A DNA stretch of 64,000 nucleotides, from the NCBI RefSeq assembly GCF_046105845.1, contig NZ_CP151004.1; one strand, written 5' to 3'. A program made the position numbers and the translations under genes. This DNA is from Escherichia coli (GTDB lineage: Bacteria > Pseudomonadota > Gammaproteobacteria > Enterobacterales > Enterobacteriaceae). Below are positions 22,309 through 32,478 of the stretch, piece after piece; position 1 is the first letter of the stretch, and each line of letters begins with the position of its first letter. The notes under the pieces were generated by a model. It made no database searches. It was not told the origin of the DNA and was given only the letters and a program-made list of their open reading frames with translations.

Positions 22309-23358
22309 TCATCCCGGTAACCGACTTTTCGGTCTGCCTGGCCCCAGTAAAATCGCCAGTTTGCTACCGCCTTTCGTAGTTTCCATCCAGATTTTACACA
22401 CGCTGGTTAATGGCACCGAAAGTAGCATCCCTACCGGGCCGAGCAGCCATCCCCAAATTAACAATGAAAGAAATACCACCATGGTGGACATCCCCAGGCG
22501 ATGGCCCATCATCCGTGGTTCTAAAATATTGCCGATGACCATATGGACCACTAAAAACAATGCGCCGACCAGAATACATTCGTAAATACCATTAAACAGC
22601 AGCACCTGAACCATTGGCGGTACGGCGGAAATTACCGCGCCGATATTGGGCACGTAGTTGAGCAAAAACGCCAGTACTGCCCACATCAGCGCAAACTGTA
22701 CGCCCATTAGCGCCAGCCCCAGCCAGACGATGACACCTGTCCATAAACTGAGTAGCGTCTTCAATGCAAGATAGTGCGAAACGCCTTTAAGTGCGCGGTG
22801 TAATCCTGCGATGTGAATCTGTGGGTTATTCAGCGCAAAACGCATTTTGTAAGGGACGTGGCGCACTTCAAACAGCATGAAAACTACGGTCATCACCAGC
22901 AAAAGCACGCTCGCCATTGCCCCGGAAAGCCCGGTCATTAGCGCCGTGGTGAAGGTAACCACTTTTTCCGAGTCCATCCGCTGCAGCATTCGCTCCGGCG
23001 ACATATGTAAATTAAGAAAAGGCAACATCTCCTGCAATTTAAAAAGTTTGCGCGTCAGCTCCTTATTAAACTTCGGCAGCATAGAGATAAATTCGTTAAA
23101 CGATGCCGCCAGTACGCCGACCAGCGCAGTTAGTGCGATCAGCATCACCACCACCACAATCGTAATGGCAACGGGGCGTTGTACTCCCCGACGAATAAAC
23201 CAGGTGACGAGCGGGTTGAGGACGATGGCAAAAAACAGCGCCAGTAACAGCTGCACAATGATATCTGCCGCTGCGTGAATGCCCGCGAGGATCACTACCA
23301 GCGAGGCCAGCTTGAGCAGAATGTGCATGCCCGTTTTATCGGGTTGAGGGGTTTCCAT
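22309..23358 (-). CDS. yhhT: AI-2E family transporter YhhT (putative permease)
   Basis: Track ORF 22309..23439; start refined to ATG 23358 (METPQPDKTGMHILLKL...); multi-TM protein. Confidence 0.88.
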   Translation of the reverse strand: METPQPDKTGMHILLKLASLVVILAGIHAAADIIVQLLLALFFAIVLNPLVTWFIRRGVQRPVAITIVVVVMLIALTALVGVLAASFNEFISMLPKFNKELTRKLFKLQEMLPFLNLHMSPERMLQRMDSEKVVTFTTALMTGLSGAMASVLLLVMTVVFMLFEVRHVPYKMRFALNNPQIHIAGLHRALKGVSHYLALKTLLSLWTGVIVWLGLALMGVQFALMWAVLAFLLNYVPNIGAVISAVPPMVQVLLFNGIYECILVGALFLVVHMVIGNILEPRMMGHRLGMSTMVVFLSLLIWGWLLGPVGMLLSVPLTSVCKIWMETTKGGSKLAILLGPGRPKSRLPG

Positions 23359-23489
23359 TGGGGCTTCCTTGTGACTTTTTGTATTAAGTGTAGCGGGAGT
23401 CACGCCAGCAATATTCTGATTCTTAATGCTGATTTTCACGTCAGCACGTGGTAAAAATGAAACACTGTTGTAAAAATGTGGTGATCCTC

Positions 23490-24707
23490 ATGCCCGAACC
23501 CGTAGCCGAACCTGCGCTAAACGGATTGCGCCTGAATTTGCGCATTGTCTCCATTGTCATGTTTAACTTCGCCAGCTACCTCACCATCGGGTTGCCGCTC
23601 GCTGTATTACCGGGCTATGTCCATGATGTGATGGGCTTTAGCGCTTTCTGGGCAGGATTGGTTATCAGCCTGCAATATTTCGCCACCTTGCTGAGCCGCC
23701 CTCATGCCGGACGTTACGCCGATTTGCTGGGACCCAAAAAGATTGTCGTCTTCGGTTTATGCGGCTGCTTTTTGAGCGGTCTGGGATATCTGACGGCAGG
23801 ATTAACCGCCAGTCTGCCCGTCATCAGCCTGTTATTACTTTGCCTGGGACGCGTCATCCTTGGGATTGGGCAAAGTTTTGCCGGAACGGGATCGACCCTG
23901 TGGGGCGTTGGCGTGGTTGGCTCGCTGCATATCGGGCGGGTGATTTCGTGGAACGGCATTGTCACTTACGGGGCGATGGCGATGGGTGCGCCGTTAGGTG
24001 TCGTGTTTTATCACTGGGGCGGCTTGCAGGCGTTAGCGTTAATCATTATGGGCGTGGCGCTGGTGGCCATTTTGTTGGCGATCCCGCGTCCGACGGTAAA
24101 AGCCAGTAAAGGCAAACCGCTGCCGTTTCGCGCGGTGCTTGGGCGCGTCTGGCTGTACGGTATGGCGCTGGCACTGGCTTCCGCCGGATTTGGCGTCATC
24201 GCCACCTTTATCACGCTGTTTTATGACGCTAAAGGTTGGGACGGTGCGGCTTTCGCGTTGACGCTGTTTAGCTGTGCGTTTGTCGGTACGCGTTTGTTAT
24301 TCCCTAATGGTATTAACCGTATCGGCGGCTTAAACGTGGCGATGATTTGCTTTAGCGTTGAGATAATCGGCCTGCTACTGGTTGGCGTGGCGACTATGCC
24401 GTGGATGGCGAAAATCGGCGTCTTACTGGCGGGGGCAGGGTTTTCGCTGGTGTTCCCGGCATTGGGTGTAGTGGCGGTAAAAGCGGTTCCGCAGCAAAAT
24501 CAGGGGGCGGCGCTGGCAACTTACACCGTATTTATGGATTTATCGCTTGGCGTGACCGGACCACTGGCTGGGCTGGTGATGAGCTGGGCGGGCGTACCGG
24601 TGATTTATCTGGCGGCGGCGGGACTGGTCGCAATCGCGTTATTACTGACGTGGCGATTAAAAAAACGGCCTCCGGAACACGTCCCTGAGGCCGCCTCATC
24701 ATCTTAA
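23490..24707 (+). CDS. yhhS: MFS transporter YhhS
   Basis: Track ORF 23448..24707; start refined to ATG 23490 (MPEPVAEPALNGLRL...); 12-TM MFS-like protein. Confidence 0.88.
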   Translation: MPEPVAEPALNGLRLNLRIVSIVMFNFASYLTIGLPLAVLPGYVHDVMGFSAFWAGLVISLQYFATLLSRPHAGRYADLLGPKKIVVFGLCGCFLSGLGYLTAGLTASLPVISLLLLCLGRVILGIGQSFAGTGSTLWGVGVVGSLHIGRVISWNGIVTYGAMAMGAPLGVVFYHWGGLQALALIIMGVALVAILLAIPRPTVKASKGKPLPFRAVLGRVWLYGMALALASAGFGVIATFITLFYDAKGWDGAAFALTLFSCAFVGTRLLFPNGINRIGGLNVAMICFSVEIIGLLLVGVATMPWMAKIGVLLAGAGFSLVFPALGVVAVKAVPQQNQGAALATYTVFMDLSLGVTGPLAGLVMSWAGVPVIYLAAAGLVAIALLLTWRLKKRPPEHVPEAASSS

Positions 24708-24710
24708 AAC

Positions 24711-25268
24711 TTACTGAATAACCAGCGTATTAATGATGTTTTCTGCGGTGGTCTGCGCTTTTTGCTGATCGTCAGCGGGCAGCGTAATTTGCATGGTCAG
24801 CAGTTGATTACCCACGTTACCCAGAATAACGGAAGAGTACGCCGTCTGGCCTTTTGCGGAGATAATGCTGTCTAACTGCTGCATTTTGTGACCTTTCAGC
24901 TCAATGGCTTTATTGGTTACCACTTGCAGCTGCGGATCGCGGCTACGTTGCTGATCTTCCAGACGCTTCGCCAACACCGCCAGATCTTCTTTCGGATCAT
25001 CGCCCATGATGACGATGACTGCTTTCTGCCCGGTGGCGTCGGACCAGACATGCATGTTATTGGCCTGCGTTCCCAGCTTACCGCTCTGGTCGGTCATATC
25101 CGCTGGCAGCGAGAAACTTAACTTGCCATCAAGCAGGTTGACGGGATTCCCGGTAGCGTTACTATCCGCGACCGAACCCTGCGCCGTAGCGTTAGTGTCT
25201 TTATCATCACAGGCCGCAAGCCCCATAACCAGCAGGCCAATTCCGACATATTTAACCAGATTGCGCAT
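24711..25268 (-). CDS. dcrB: Periplasmic lipoprotein DcrB
   Basis: Track ORF 24711..25322; start refined to ATG 25268 ([20 protein letters not shown] lipobox). Confidence 0.9.
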   Translation of the reverse strand: MRNLVKYVGIGLLVMGLAACDDKDTNATAQGSVADSNATGNPVNLLDGKLSFSLPADMTDQSGKLGTQANNMHVWSDATGQKAVIVIMGDDPKEDLAVLAKRLEDQQRSRDPQLQVVTNKAIELKGHKMQQLDSIISAKGQTAYSSVILGNVGNQLLTMQITLPADDQQKAQTTAENIINTLVIQ

Positions 25269-25340
25269 TGACTTCTTCCTTTCGATAAACGGCCATAACG
25301 GCTCATTCATCCATCTTATCACAACTCTGATAACGAACCT

Positions 25341-26006
25341 TTAACTCGCCTGCAAAGCGTTGATTTCGGATTTATCTGCCAGTCTTTTCAACAGCATATT
25401 GAGTAATACGCCATACATTGGCAGGAAGAAAACGATACTGATTAACACTTTGAAACAGTAATCGACCAGCGCGATTTCCATCCAGTGTTCAGCCATAAAG
25501 GCATCCGGGCTACGCCAGAAGGCTATGAAGAAGAAGGCCAGCGTGTCGCTGACGTTACCAAACAGGGTGGAAGCCGTCGGTGCCAGCCACCAGCGACGAC
25601 TCTGACGCAGGCGGTTAAAAACGTGCACGTCGAGGATTTGCCCCAGCGCGTAGGCCATGAAACTGGCGGTGGCGATACGGGCGACAAACAGGTTGAAGTG
25701 GGCGAGCGCGCCGAATCCCTGCCAGGAACCCATATAGAACAGCGACGAGATGACGTAGGAGATCAGCAACGCCGGGATCATCACCGCAAAGATGATACGA
25801 CGGGCCAGCGGTGCGCCAAAAATACGCACGGTCAGGTCGGTAGCAAGGAAAATAAACGGAAAGCTAAATGCGCCCCAGGTGGTATGGAAACCAAAAATGG
25901 AGACGGGAAGCTGAACCAGATAGTTACTGGAGGTGATCACCAGAAGATGAAATAACGATAACCAGAACAACGCCTTATAGCGTTGAGTTTGCGAGAAAAC
26001 GTTCAT
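25341..26006 (-). CDS. yhhQ: Queuosine precursor (preQ0/preQ1) transporter YhhQ
   Basis: 221-aa multi-TM ORF starting MNVFSQTQRYKALFWLSLFHLLVITSSNYL (COG1738 family). Confidence 0.92.
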   Translation of the reverse strand: MNVFSQTQRYKALFWLSLFHLLVITSSNYLVQLPVSIFGFHTTWGAFSFPFIFLATDLTVRIFGAPLARRIIFAVMIPALLISYVISSLFYMGSWQGFGALAHFNLFVARIATASFMAYALGQILDVHVFNRLRQSRRWWLAPTASTLFGNVSDTLAFFFIAFWRSPDAFMAEHWMEIALVDYCFKVLISIVFFLPMYGVLLNMLLKRLADKSEINALQAS

Positions 26007-26048
26007 ATTGTACCTTTTTGATTAACCATTGGGGTGAGGGAACCCAAT
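26007..26048 (-). promoter_or_regulatory. Candidate preQ1-I-like riboswitch / translational control hairpin in the yhhQ 5' leader
   Basis: Leader RNA reads AUUGGG-UUCCCUCAC-CCCAAU followed by the A-rich tail UGGUUAAUCAAAAAGGUACAAU-AUG: a 5-6 bp stem, 9-nt loop and A-rich tail containing the SD, as in class I preQ1 aptamers. Confidence 0.35.
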
Positions 26049-26226
26049 ACGTACGACACGTCTGTTACCTTAACATAATAACGTGCTGACCCTTTTTTCG
26101 AGCCGCCGCATGATACTGCTTTACGTTGACAATGCAATGGTTAATTTTCACGCAATCGTTAACCTGGTTTGCTTACGGACTCACAGGGCGTAAACTAGCG
26201 CCGTTTTTTTATGTGATGAGAAGAAA

Positions 26227-26472
26227 ATGACCGATCTCTTTTCCTGCCCTGACCACACACTCGACGCACTTGGCCTGCGCTGCCCGGAACCAGTAATGAT
26301 GGTGCGCAAAACAGTGCGCAATATGCAGCCAGGTGAAACGTTGCTGATTATCGCCGACGATCCGGCCACTACCCGCGATATTCCTGGGTTTTGTACCTTT
26401 ATGGAACACGAACTGGTTGCTAAAGAGACGGATGGATTGCCTTATCGTTATTTGATTCGCAAAGGCGGTTGA
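26227..26472 (+). CDS. tusA: Sulfur carrier protein TusA
   Basis: 81-aa ORF with CPxP motif ([14 protein letters not shown]). Confidence 0.95.
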   Translation: MTDLFSCPDHTLDALGLRCPEPVMMVRKTVRNMQPGETLLIIADDPATTRDIPGFCTFMEHELVAKETDGLPYRYLIRKGG

Positions 26473-26503
26473 TGGGGAAAGATTGGCTTCGATGCCGCCT
26501 TTT

Positions 26504-26568
26504 CCCCTCACCCTAACCCTCTCCCCAGAGGAGCGAGAGGACCGATCGCGCTCAATGTTGCGATCGGT
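26504..26568. repeat. GC-rich intergenic repeat (CCCCTCACCCTAACCCTCTCCCC...) plus hairpin between tusA and zntA; same family as the ugpB-ugpA repeat
   Basis: Shares the 21-mer CCCTCACCCTAACCCTCTCCC and GACCGATCG with 44238-44280; adjacent ACCGATCGC-N10-GCGATCGGT hairpin likely terminates the convergent genes. Confidence 0.6.
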
Positions 26569-26573
26569 TTGCC

Positions 26574-28772
26574 TTATCTTCTGCGCAACAACCTTAACGC
26601 ATTCGCCGTTACCAGCACCGTCGCACCCGTATCTGCCAGCACCGCCAGCCATAGCCCGGTCATTCCTAACAGTGTGGTGACGAGGAAGATCCCTTTCAGC
26701 CCCAGCGCAATAGTGATGTTCTGGCGGATATTGGCGTGAGTGGCGCGTGCCAGTTCAATCATTTGCACCAGGCCGCGCAGGTGGTTATGGGTTAATGCTG
26801 CATCGGCGGTTTCCAGCGCCACGTCTGTGCCACTGCCCATTGCAATCCCGATGGCGGCGGCTTTCATCGCTGGCGCGTCGTTAATACCGTCACCGACCAT
26901 CGCCAGCGGCGCATGTTGATTCAGTTCGGTTACCGCTTTGACTTTATCTTCCGGCAATAGGCCCGCTTTAAACTCCAGCCCCAGTTCCCCGGCGATTGCC
27001 GCCGCTGCGCGTGGATTATCGCCGGTGAGGATCACTCCTTTAACCCCCAGCGCGTTCAGTTCACTTATGGCAGTTGCAGCATCGGCGCGTAGAGTATCCT
27101 GCAATGCAATGATACCCAGCACGTCATCGTTACGTACTACCAGCACTACCGTTTGCCCGGCGCTTTCCAGTTCATTAATCAAACCAGCAAATGCAACAGC
27201 CGGATGTTTCCCGGCAGCGCATATCAACACGCGCTCACCGTTAACCTGCGCTTCAATGCCAGACCCAACCAGCGCCCGCTGTGATTCGGCGGCGGGAATG
27301 GCGAGTTCAGCAACCTGTGCTTCGCGTACGATGGCTTGCGCCAGTGGATGCGTCGCGCCTTGCTCGACCGCCGCTGCCAGTGTCAGCAGTTCAGATTCAC
27401 TAATACCCGTTGCCGGATGAATCGCGGTAACGCGCGGTTTACCGACGGTCAGCGTACCGGTTTTATCAAACGCCACCTGGGTAACACGACCTAGTTGTTC
27501 CAGCGCCGCACCGCCTTTAATCAACGCCCCACGACGCGCTGCTGCTGCCAGCCCGGAGGTTATCGCCGCAGGCGTTGAGATAACTAACGCACACGGGCAA
27601 CCAATCAGCAGCAGCGTCAGCCCTTTATAAATCCACTCTTGCCAGCTGGCGGCAAACAGCAGCGGCGGCACCAGCGTTACCAGCAGGGCGACGGCCATAA
27701 TCGCGGGCGTGTAGATACGGCTGAAACGGTCGATAAACCGCTCAATGGGGGCGCGACGCTCTTCGGCTTCTTCGATCAGTTTCAGAATCCGGTCAATGGC
27801 GCTGGCACCCGGTTCTGACAGCACTTCCAGCGTTACCAGACGGTCTACGCTGGTGGCTCCTGCAGGAACTTTTTCGCCCGTCGCGCGCTCCACAGGAATG
27901 GATTCTCCGGTCAGGGCGCTTTCATCAAAACTGGCAAACGGTGAGAGCAGTTTACCGTCGGCAGGCAAACGTCCACCTGCGGCGACTTCAATCACATCGC
28001 CAGGGCGCAGGCTGTTAATCGCCACCTCTTCACGCTCACCGTTACGCAGGCGCGTGGCGGTTTCTGGTTTCAGCGCCATTAACGCGCTAACGCCCTGACG
28101 CGCGCGGCTGGCGGCCCAGCCTTCCAGTCGTTCACCAATCAAAAACAGCAGCAACACCATCGCAGCTTCAGCCGTTGCGCCAATAAACAGCGCACCAATA
28201 GCGGCTACGCTCATTAAGGTTTCAATGGCGAAGTAGCTGCCGGATTTGATCAGCCGTAATGCCTGACGAGCAATCGGGTACAGCCCAACCAGCGTGGTCG
28301 CGATAAACGCCAGTTGACCGAACGGATGATTAAACTGCTCCAGCCCCCAACTGATTGCCATCAACACGATTAGCGTAATCAGCGGCAAATTCTCTTTCAG
28401 GCGTGATGCTTGCGGTTCGTCGGCGGCCTGTTCATCGCGCAGGGAGTAGCCCGCTTTTTGCACCGCAGATTCAACCTGGGCACGGATGTCATTGTCGGCA
28501 TCCACCACCAGTTTTTCGGTGGCGAACAACACCTGCACCTGATTCACGCCTGCAAGCTGGCGCACGGCATTTTCCACTTTGCGCGCACAGGCGGCGCAGT
28601 CCATGCCGCTGACTTTCCAGCTATAGCGGGTGCCGGAGACGTTTTCAGAGAGCGTTGGCGTGCTGGAACATGCGCCGTCGCAGCAACAGTCGTTGGCGTT
28701 CTGTACCGTGGTTAGCGGTTTGAACGCAGCAAAGTGAGGGGCTTTCTTGCCGTGATTGTCAGGAGTCGACAT
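26574..28772 (-). CDS. zntA: Zn/Cd/Pb-translocating P-type ATPase ZntA
   Basis: 732-aa ORF with N-terminal GMDCAACARKVE metal-binding motif, CPC transduction motif and DKTGTLT phosphorylation site. Confidence 0.96.
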   Translation of the reverse strand: MSTPDNHGKKAPHFAAFKPLTTVQNANDCCCDGACSSTPTLSENVSGTRYSWKVSGMDCAACARKVENAVRQLAGVNQVQVLFATEKLVVDADNDIRAQVESAVQKAGYSLRDEQAADEPQASRLKENLPLITLIVLMAISWGLEQFNHPFGQLAFIATTLVGLYPIARQALRLIKSGSYFAIETLMSVAAIGALFIGATAEAAMVLLLFLIGERLEGWAASRARQGVSALMALKPETATRLRNGEREEVAINSLRPGDVIEVAAGGRLPADGKLLSPFASFDESALTGESIPVERATGEKVPAGATSVDRLVTLEVLSEPGASAIDRILKLIEEAEERRAPIERFIDRFSRIYTPAIMAVALLVTLVPPLLFAASWQEWIYKGLTLLLIGCPCALVISTPAAITSGLAAAARRGALIKGGAALEQLGRVTQVAFDKTGTLTVGKPRVTAIHPATGISESELLTLAAAVEQGATHPLAQAIVREAQVAELAIPAAESQRALVGSGIEAQVNGERVLICAAGKHPAVAFAGLINELESAGQTVVLVVRNDDVLGIIALQDTLRADAATAISELNALGVKGVILTGDNPRAAAAIAGELGLEFKAGLLPEDKVKAVTELNQHAPLAMVGDGINDAPAMKAAAIGIAMGSGTDVALETADAALTHNHLRGLVQMIELARATHANIRQNITIALGLKGIFLVTTLLGMTGLWLAVLADTGATVLVTANALRLLRRR

Positions 28773-28814
28773 GGCATCCTCCGGTTAAGTTTTTTCTCAT
28801 TAACCGAAGGATAC

Positions 28815-28836
28815 ACTCTGGAGTCGACTCCAGAGT
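28815..28836. promoter_or_regulatory. ZntR (MerR-family) operator palindrome in the zntA promoter
   Basis: Perfect 22-bp palindrome ACTCTGGAGTCGACTCCAGAGT between a TTGACT -35-like hexamer (reverse strand) and the zntA start. Confidence 0.75.
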
Positions 28837-28845
28837 CAAGTTTTA

Positions 28846-29472
28846 TCAGAGATACAGTGAGCGGACGATGAGGAAGTGACCAGCAAAGTAGCAGGCCGCA
28901 GCAATCGCGTTGTCCGCACGGAAGCGTCGGCGATAGTGACTACCCAGCCAGACAAAGTTACTGATAAACAGCAACGAAGCGCCGACAAACGCAGAGAGCG
29001 CCGGAGCGGTCGGACGGAAGAACCACAGTTCACCTGCCAGCCACACCATCACCAGCGTCATGCCGATAAACGTGCAGATAGGCCAACGATACTCTTCCAG
29101 ACGCGTCCAGATAATCGCCAGTAACAGCGCGCCCAGAACCAGCAACACCAGTGGCAGAGGCCAGAAGAAAGAGAGCGTCATCTGACTGGCGAAATAGATG
29201 GTGTACAGCAGGTGTGAGAGGAAAAACGCGCCGATGGCGTACATCAGACGTTGACGAGGCAACAGGGTTAGCGCATCGCCCAGCAGTGAGGCGCACAGTC
29301 CCGCCAGCACCAGATAGCTAATGGCGTCGAACATTGGCGCTTGCCAGGCCAGCAATAGCAGGAGAAGAAGGGTTAATGGTTTAAATACCCAGCGTTGCCA
29401 GGTTGGCCCACGATACGATGCATCCACAGATAGCCATGCGGAAAGACAGACAGCGATAAACGACCAAAGCAT
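28846..29472 (-). CDS. yhhN: Inner membrane protein YhhN
   Basis: 208-aa multi-TM ORF starting [23 protein letters not shown]. Confidence 0.9.
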
Positions 29473-29612
29473 CTTAGTTCCTTGAATTCGTTATTTTTTC
29501 GTAAGCGGAATGCCTACGGTCTTGCTTCCAGTTTAGTGGCGAGGGTGGACGGATGACAACACCATAACTGGCAGGGTATGCTTAATTCCGCATTTTCCGA
29601 TGAGGGATAAAG

Positions 29613-29972
29613 ATGAGCAAACCACCTCTTTTCTTTATTGTTATCATTGGCTTAATCATCGTCGCCGCATCGTTTCGTTTTATGCAACAACGACGGGAAA
29701 AAGCTGATAATGATATGGCACCGCTCCAGCAAAAGCTGGTGGTGGTGAGCAACAAGCGGGAAAAACCGATTAACGATCGCCGTTCGCGCCAGCAGGAAGT
29801 AACTCCGGCAGGCACCAGTATGCGCTATGAGGCAAGCTTCAAACCGCAAAGCGGAGGAATGGAGCAGACGTTTCGCCTCGACGCCCAGCAGTACCACGCC
29901 CTGACAGTGGGCGATAAAGGTACGCTGAGCTATAAAGGAACGCGCTTTGTTAGCTTTGTTGGCGAACAATAA
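29613..29972 (+). CDS. yhhM: Uncharacterized protein YhhM (DUF2500)
   Basis: 119-aa ORF with N-terminal TM segment (MSKPPLFFIVIIGLIIVAASF). Confidence 0.88.
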   Translation: MSKPPLFFIVIIGLIIVAASFRFMQQRREKADNDMAPLQQKLVVVSNKREKPINDRRSRQQEVTPAGTSMRYEASFKPQSGGMEQTFRLDAQQYHALTVGDKGTLSYKGTRFVSFVGEQ

Positions 29973-29974
29973 GG

Positions 29975-30244
29975 TTATTTTTTAACTTTAAATTTCTTCT
30001 GCCAGACCAGCAGTTCAAACACGCCGAAAAGGAAAATCCGCACCTTTTCGGCGGTGGTCATCTGCGGGCCATCTTTCGGTAAAGTGGATTTCAATAGCGC
30101 CAGCTGCATACCATGCATCAGCACGGTAAAAATCAGCGCCACGTTAACGAAAATATTCAGCGGGCGCGGGAAGGGATGCACCAGGTTGAGGATTAAAAAT
30201 CCCCAAACGCAGAGCATTAACAAACGTCCAATATTAATCAGCAT
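29975..30244 (-). CDS. yhhL: Small membrane protein YhhL (DUF1145)
   Basis: Track ORF 29975..30367; start refined to ATG 30244 (MLINIGRLLMLCVWGFLILNL...), which overlaps the 3' end of rsmD by 11 bp. Confidence 0.85.
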   Translation of the reverse strand: MLINIGRLLMLCVWGFLILNLVHPFPRPLNIFVNVALIFTVLMHGMQLALLKSTLPKDGPQMTTAEKVRIFLFGVFELLVWQKKFKVKK

Positions 30245-30830
30245 CACTTTCTCCTTGTGCTTCGCGTTGATACAGCCGATAAGCCACCTGACCCGCCACT
30301 TTTTCCCGATGCAATGACCAGTTTGCCGGAACAGTGGGCAGACCGTTTTCGACTTCGCTTTCGACATAAATCAGGGCTTCGTCAGCCAGCCAGCCGTTAT
30401 CTTCCAGTAAATTTATCGTCTCTTCTAACAAGCCACGGCGGAACGGCGGATCGACAAACACGATATTATGCGGTGTGCCTTTTTGCGCCAGGAATGACAT
30501 CGCGTTGCTGTTCACCACGCGTGCATTGCCTGCTTTTAGTGTCGCCAGATTCTTAATTAACTGCTGAGAAACCGCGCGATCCATCTCAATCAACGTGGCC
30601 CCCGCAGCGTAGCGCGATAACGCTTCCAGCCCCAGCGCGCCGCTCCCGGCGAAGCAATCCAGACATTGGGCATCAACAATGACCGGAGCCAGCCAGTTAA
30701 ACAACGTTTCGCGTACGCGGTCGGTGGTGGGGCGCAGACCTGGGCTATCAGGAACCGGGAGTTTACGGCCTCGCCACTGCCCGCCAATAATGCGGATTTG
30801 GCCGCTGCCGGAATGATTCGGTTTTTTCAT
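30234..30830 (-). CDS. rsmD: 16S rRNA m2G966 methyltransferase RsmD
   Basis: 198-aa ORF with SAM-binding LDCFAGSGALGLEALSR motif and DPPF motif. Confidence 0.93.
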   Translation of the reverse strand: MKKPNHSGSGQIRIIGGQWRGRKLPVPDSPGLRPTTDRVRETLFNWLAPVIVDAQCLDCFAGSGALGLEALSRYAAGATLIEMDRAVSQQLIKNLATLKAGNARVVNSNAMSFLAQKGTPHNIVFVDPPFRRGLLEETINLLEDNGWLADEALIYVESEVENGLPTVPANWSLHREKVAGQVAYRLYQREAQGESDAD

Positions 30831-30979
30831 GATAAATTGCTCAATCCGCCAGATAACACATACTTGCAGGCGGTGATGTGAATTAAGTTAAGTGATAGAC
30901 TATTTCATCATTTTTTTAGCTGCTATGTACATAGCGTTAACGCTGTGCCATGAAGCAACAGCGAGGAGTGTAGTCGCAA

Positions 30980-32476
30980 ATGGCGAAAGAAAAAAAACGT
31001 GGCTTTTTTTCCTGGCTGGGCTTTGGTCAAAAAGAGCAGACCCCGGAAAAAGAGACAGAAGTTCAGAATGAACAACCGGTTGTAGAAGAAATCGTTCAGG
31101 CGCAAGAGCCTGCGAAGGCTTCGGAACAAGCCGTTGAAGAGCAGCCGCAGGCGCATACTGAGGCCGAAGCGGAAACTTTTGCTGCCGAAGTTGTGGAAGT
31201 CACTGAACAGGTTGCTGAAAGTGAAAAAGCGCAGCCTGAAGCGGAAGTCGTTGCACAGCCGGAACTGGTCGCAGAAGAAACGCCGGAGCCAGTGGCTATC
31301 GAACGTGAAGAGCTGCCGTTGCCGGAAGACGTCAACGCCGAAGAGGTTTCGCCAGAAGAGTGGCGGGCTGAAGCGGAAACCGTAGAGATTGTCGAAGCGG
31401 CGGAAGAAGAAGCGGCTAAAGAAGAAATCACCGACGAAGAGCTGGAAGCACAGGCGCTGGCTGCCGAAGCGGCAGAAGAGGCGGTGATGGTGGTTCCTCC
31501 GGCAGAAGAAGAGCAGCCGGTGGATGAAATCGCTCAGGAGCAGGAAAAACCGACCAAAGAAGGTTTCTTCGCGCGCCTGAAACGCAGCCTGTTAAAAACC
31601 AAAGAAAATCTCGGTTCCGGATTTATCAGCCTGTTCCGCGGTAAAAAAATCGACGATGATCTGTTTGAGGAGCTGGAAGAGCAGCTTTTGATCGCCGATG
31701 TGGGTGTGGAAACCACACGTAAAATTATCACCAATCTGACGGAAGGCGCATCCCGCAAGCAGCTTCGTGATGCCGAGGCGCTCTATGGCCTGCTGAAAGA
31801 AGAGATGGGCGAGATTCTGGCGAAAGTCGATGAGCCGCTGAATGTTGAAGGTAAAACGCCGTTCGTGATCCTGATGGTGGGCGTCAACGGTGTGGGTAAA
31901 ACCACGACGATTGGTAAGCTGGCACGTCAGTTTGAGCAGCAGGGTAAATCGGTGATGCTGGCGGCGGGCGATACTTTCCGTGCAGCAGCGGTTGAGCAGC
32001 TTCAGGTCTGGGGTCAGCGCAACAATATTCCGGTGATTGCCCAGCATACCGGGGCGGATTCCGCCTCTGTTATCTTCGACGCCATTCAGGCCGCTAAAGC
32101 GCGTAATATCGACGTCCTGATTGCCGATACCGCCGGACGCCTGCAGAACAAATCGCACCTGATGGAAGAGTTGAAGAAAATCGTCCGCGTGATGAAGAAA
32201 CTCGACGTTGAAGCGCCGCATGAAGTTATGCTGACTATCGATGCCAGCACCGGGCAGAACGCGGTAAGCCAGGCCAAACTGTTCCATGAAGCCGTTGGCT
32301 TAACCGGCATCACGCTAACGAAACTGGACGGCACGGCGAAAGGCGGGGTAATTTTCTCGGTGGCTGACCAGTTTGGTATTCCTATCCGCTACATTGGTGT
32401 CGGCGAACGTATTGAGGATTTGCGTCCGTTTAAGGCGGACGACTTTATAGAGGCACTTTTTGCCCGAGAGGATTAA
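30980..32476 (+). CDS. ftsY: Signal recognition particle receptor FtsY
   Basis: 498-aa ORF; acidic Glu/Ala-rich N-terminal A domain followed by NG GTPase domain (GVNGVGKTT, DTAGR). Confidence 0.96.
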   Translation: MAKEKKRGFFSWLGFGQKEQTPEKETEVQNEQPVVEEIVQAQEPAKASEQAVEEQPQAHTEAEAETFAAEVVEVTEQVAESEKAQPEAEVVAQPELVAEETPEPVAIEREELPLPEDVNAEEVSPEEWRAEAETVEIVEAAEEEAAKEEITDEELEAQALAAEAAEEAVMVVPPAEEEQPVDEIAQEQEKPTKEGFFARLKRSLLKTKENLGSGFISLFRGKKIDDDLFEELEEQLLIADVGVETTRKIITNLTEGASRKQLRDAEALYGLLKEEMGEILAKVDEPLNVEGKTPFVILMVGVNGVGKTTTIGKLARQFEQQGKSVMLAAGDTFRAAAVEQLQVWGQRNNIPVIAQHTGADSASVIFDAIQAAKARNIDVLIADTAGRLQNKSHLMEELKKIVRVMKKLDVEAPHEVMLTIDASTGQNAVSQAKLFHEAVGLTGITLTKLDGTAKGGVIFSVADQFGIPIRYIGVGERIEDLRPFKADDFIEALFARED

Positions 32477-32478
32477 CA

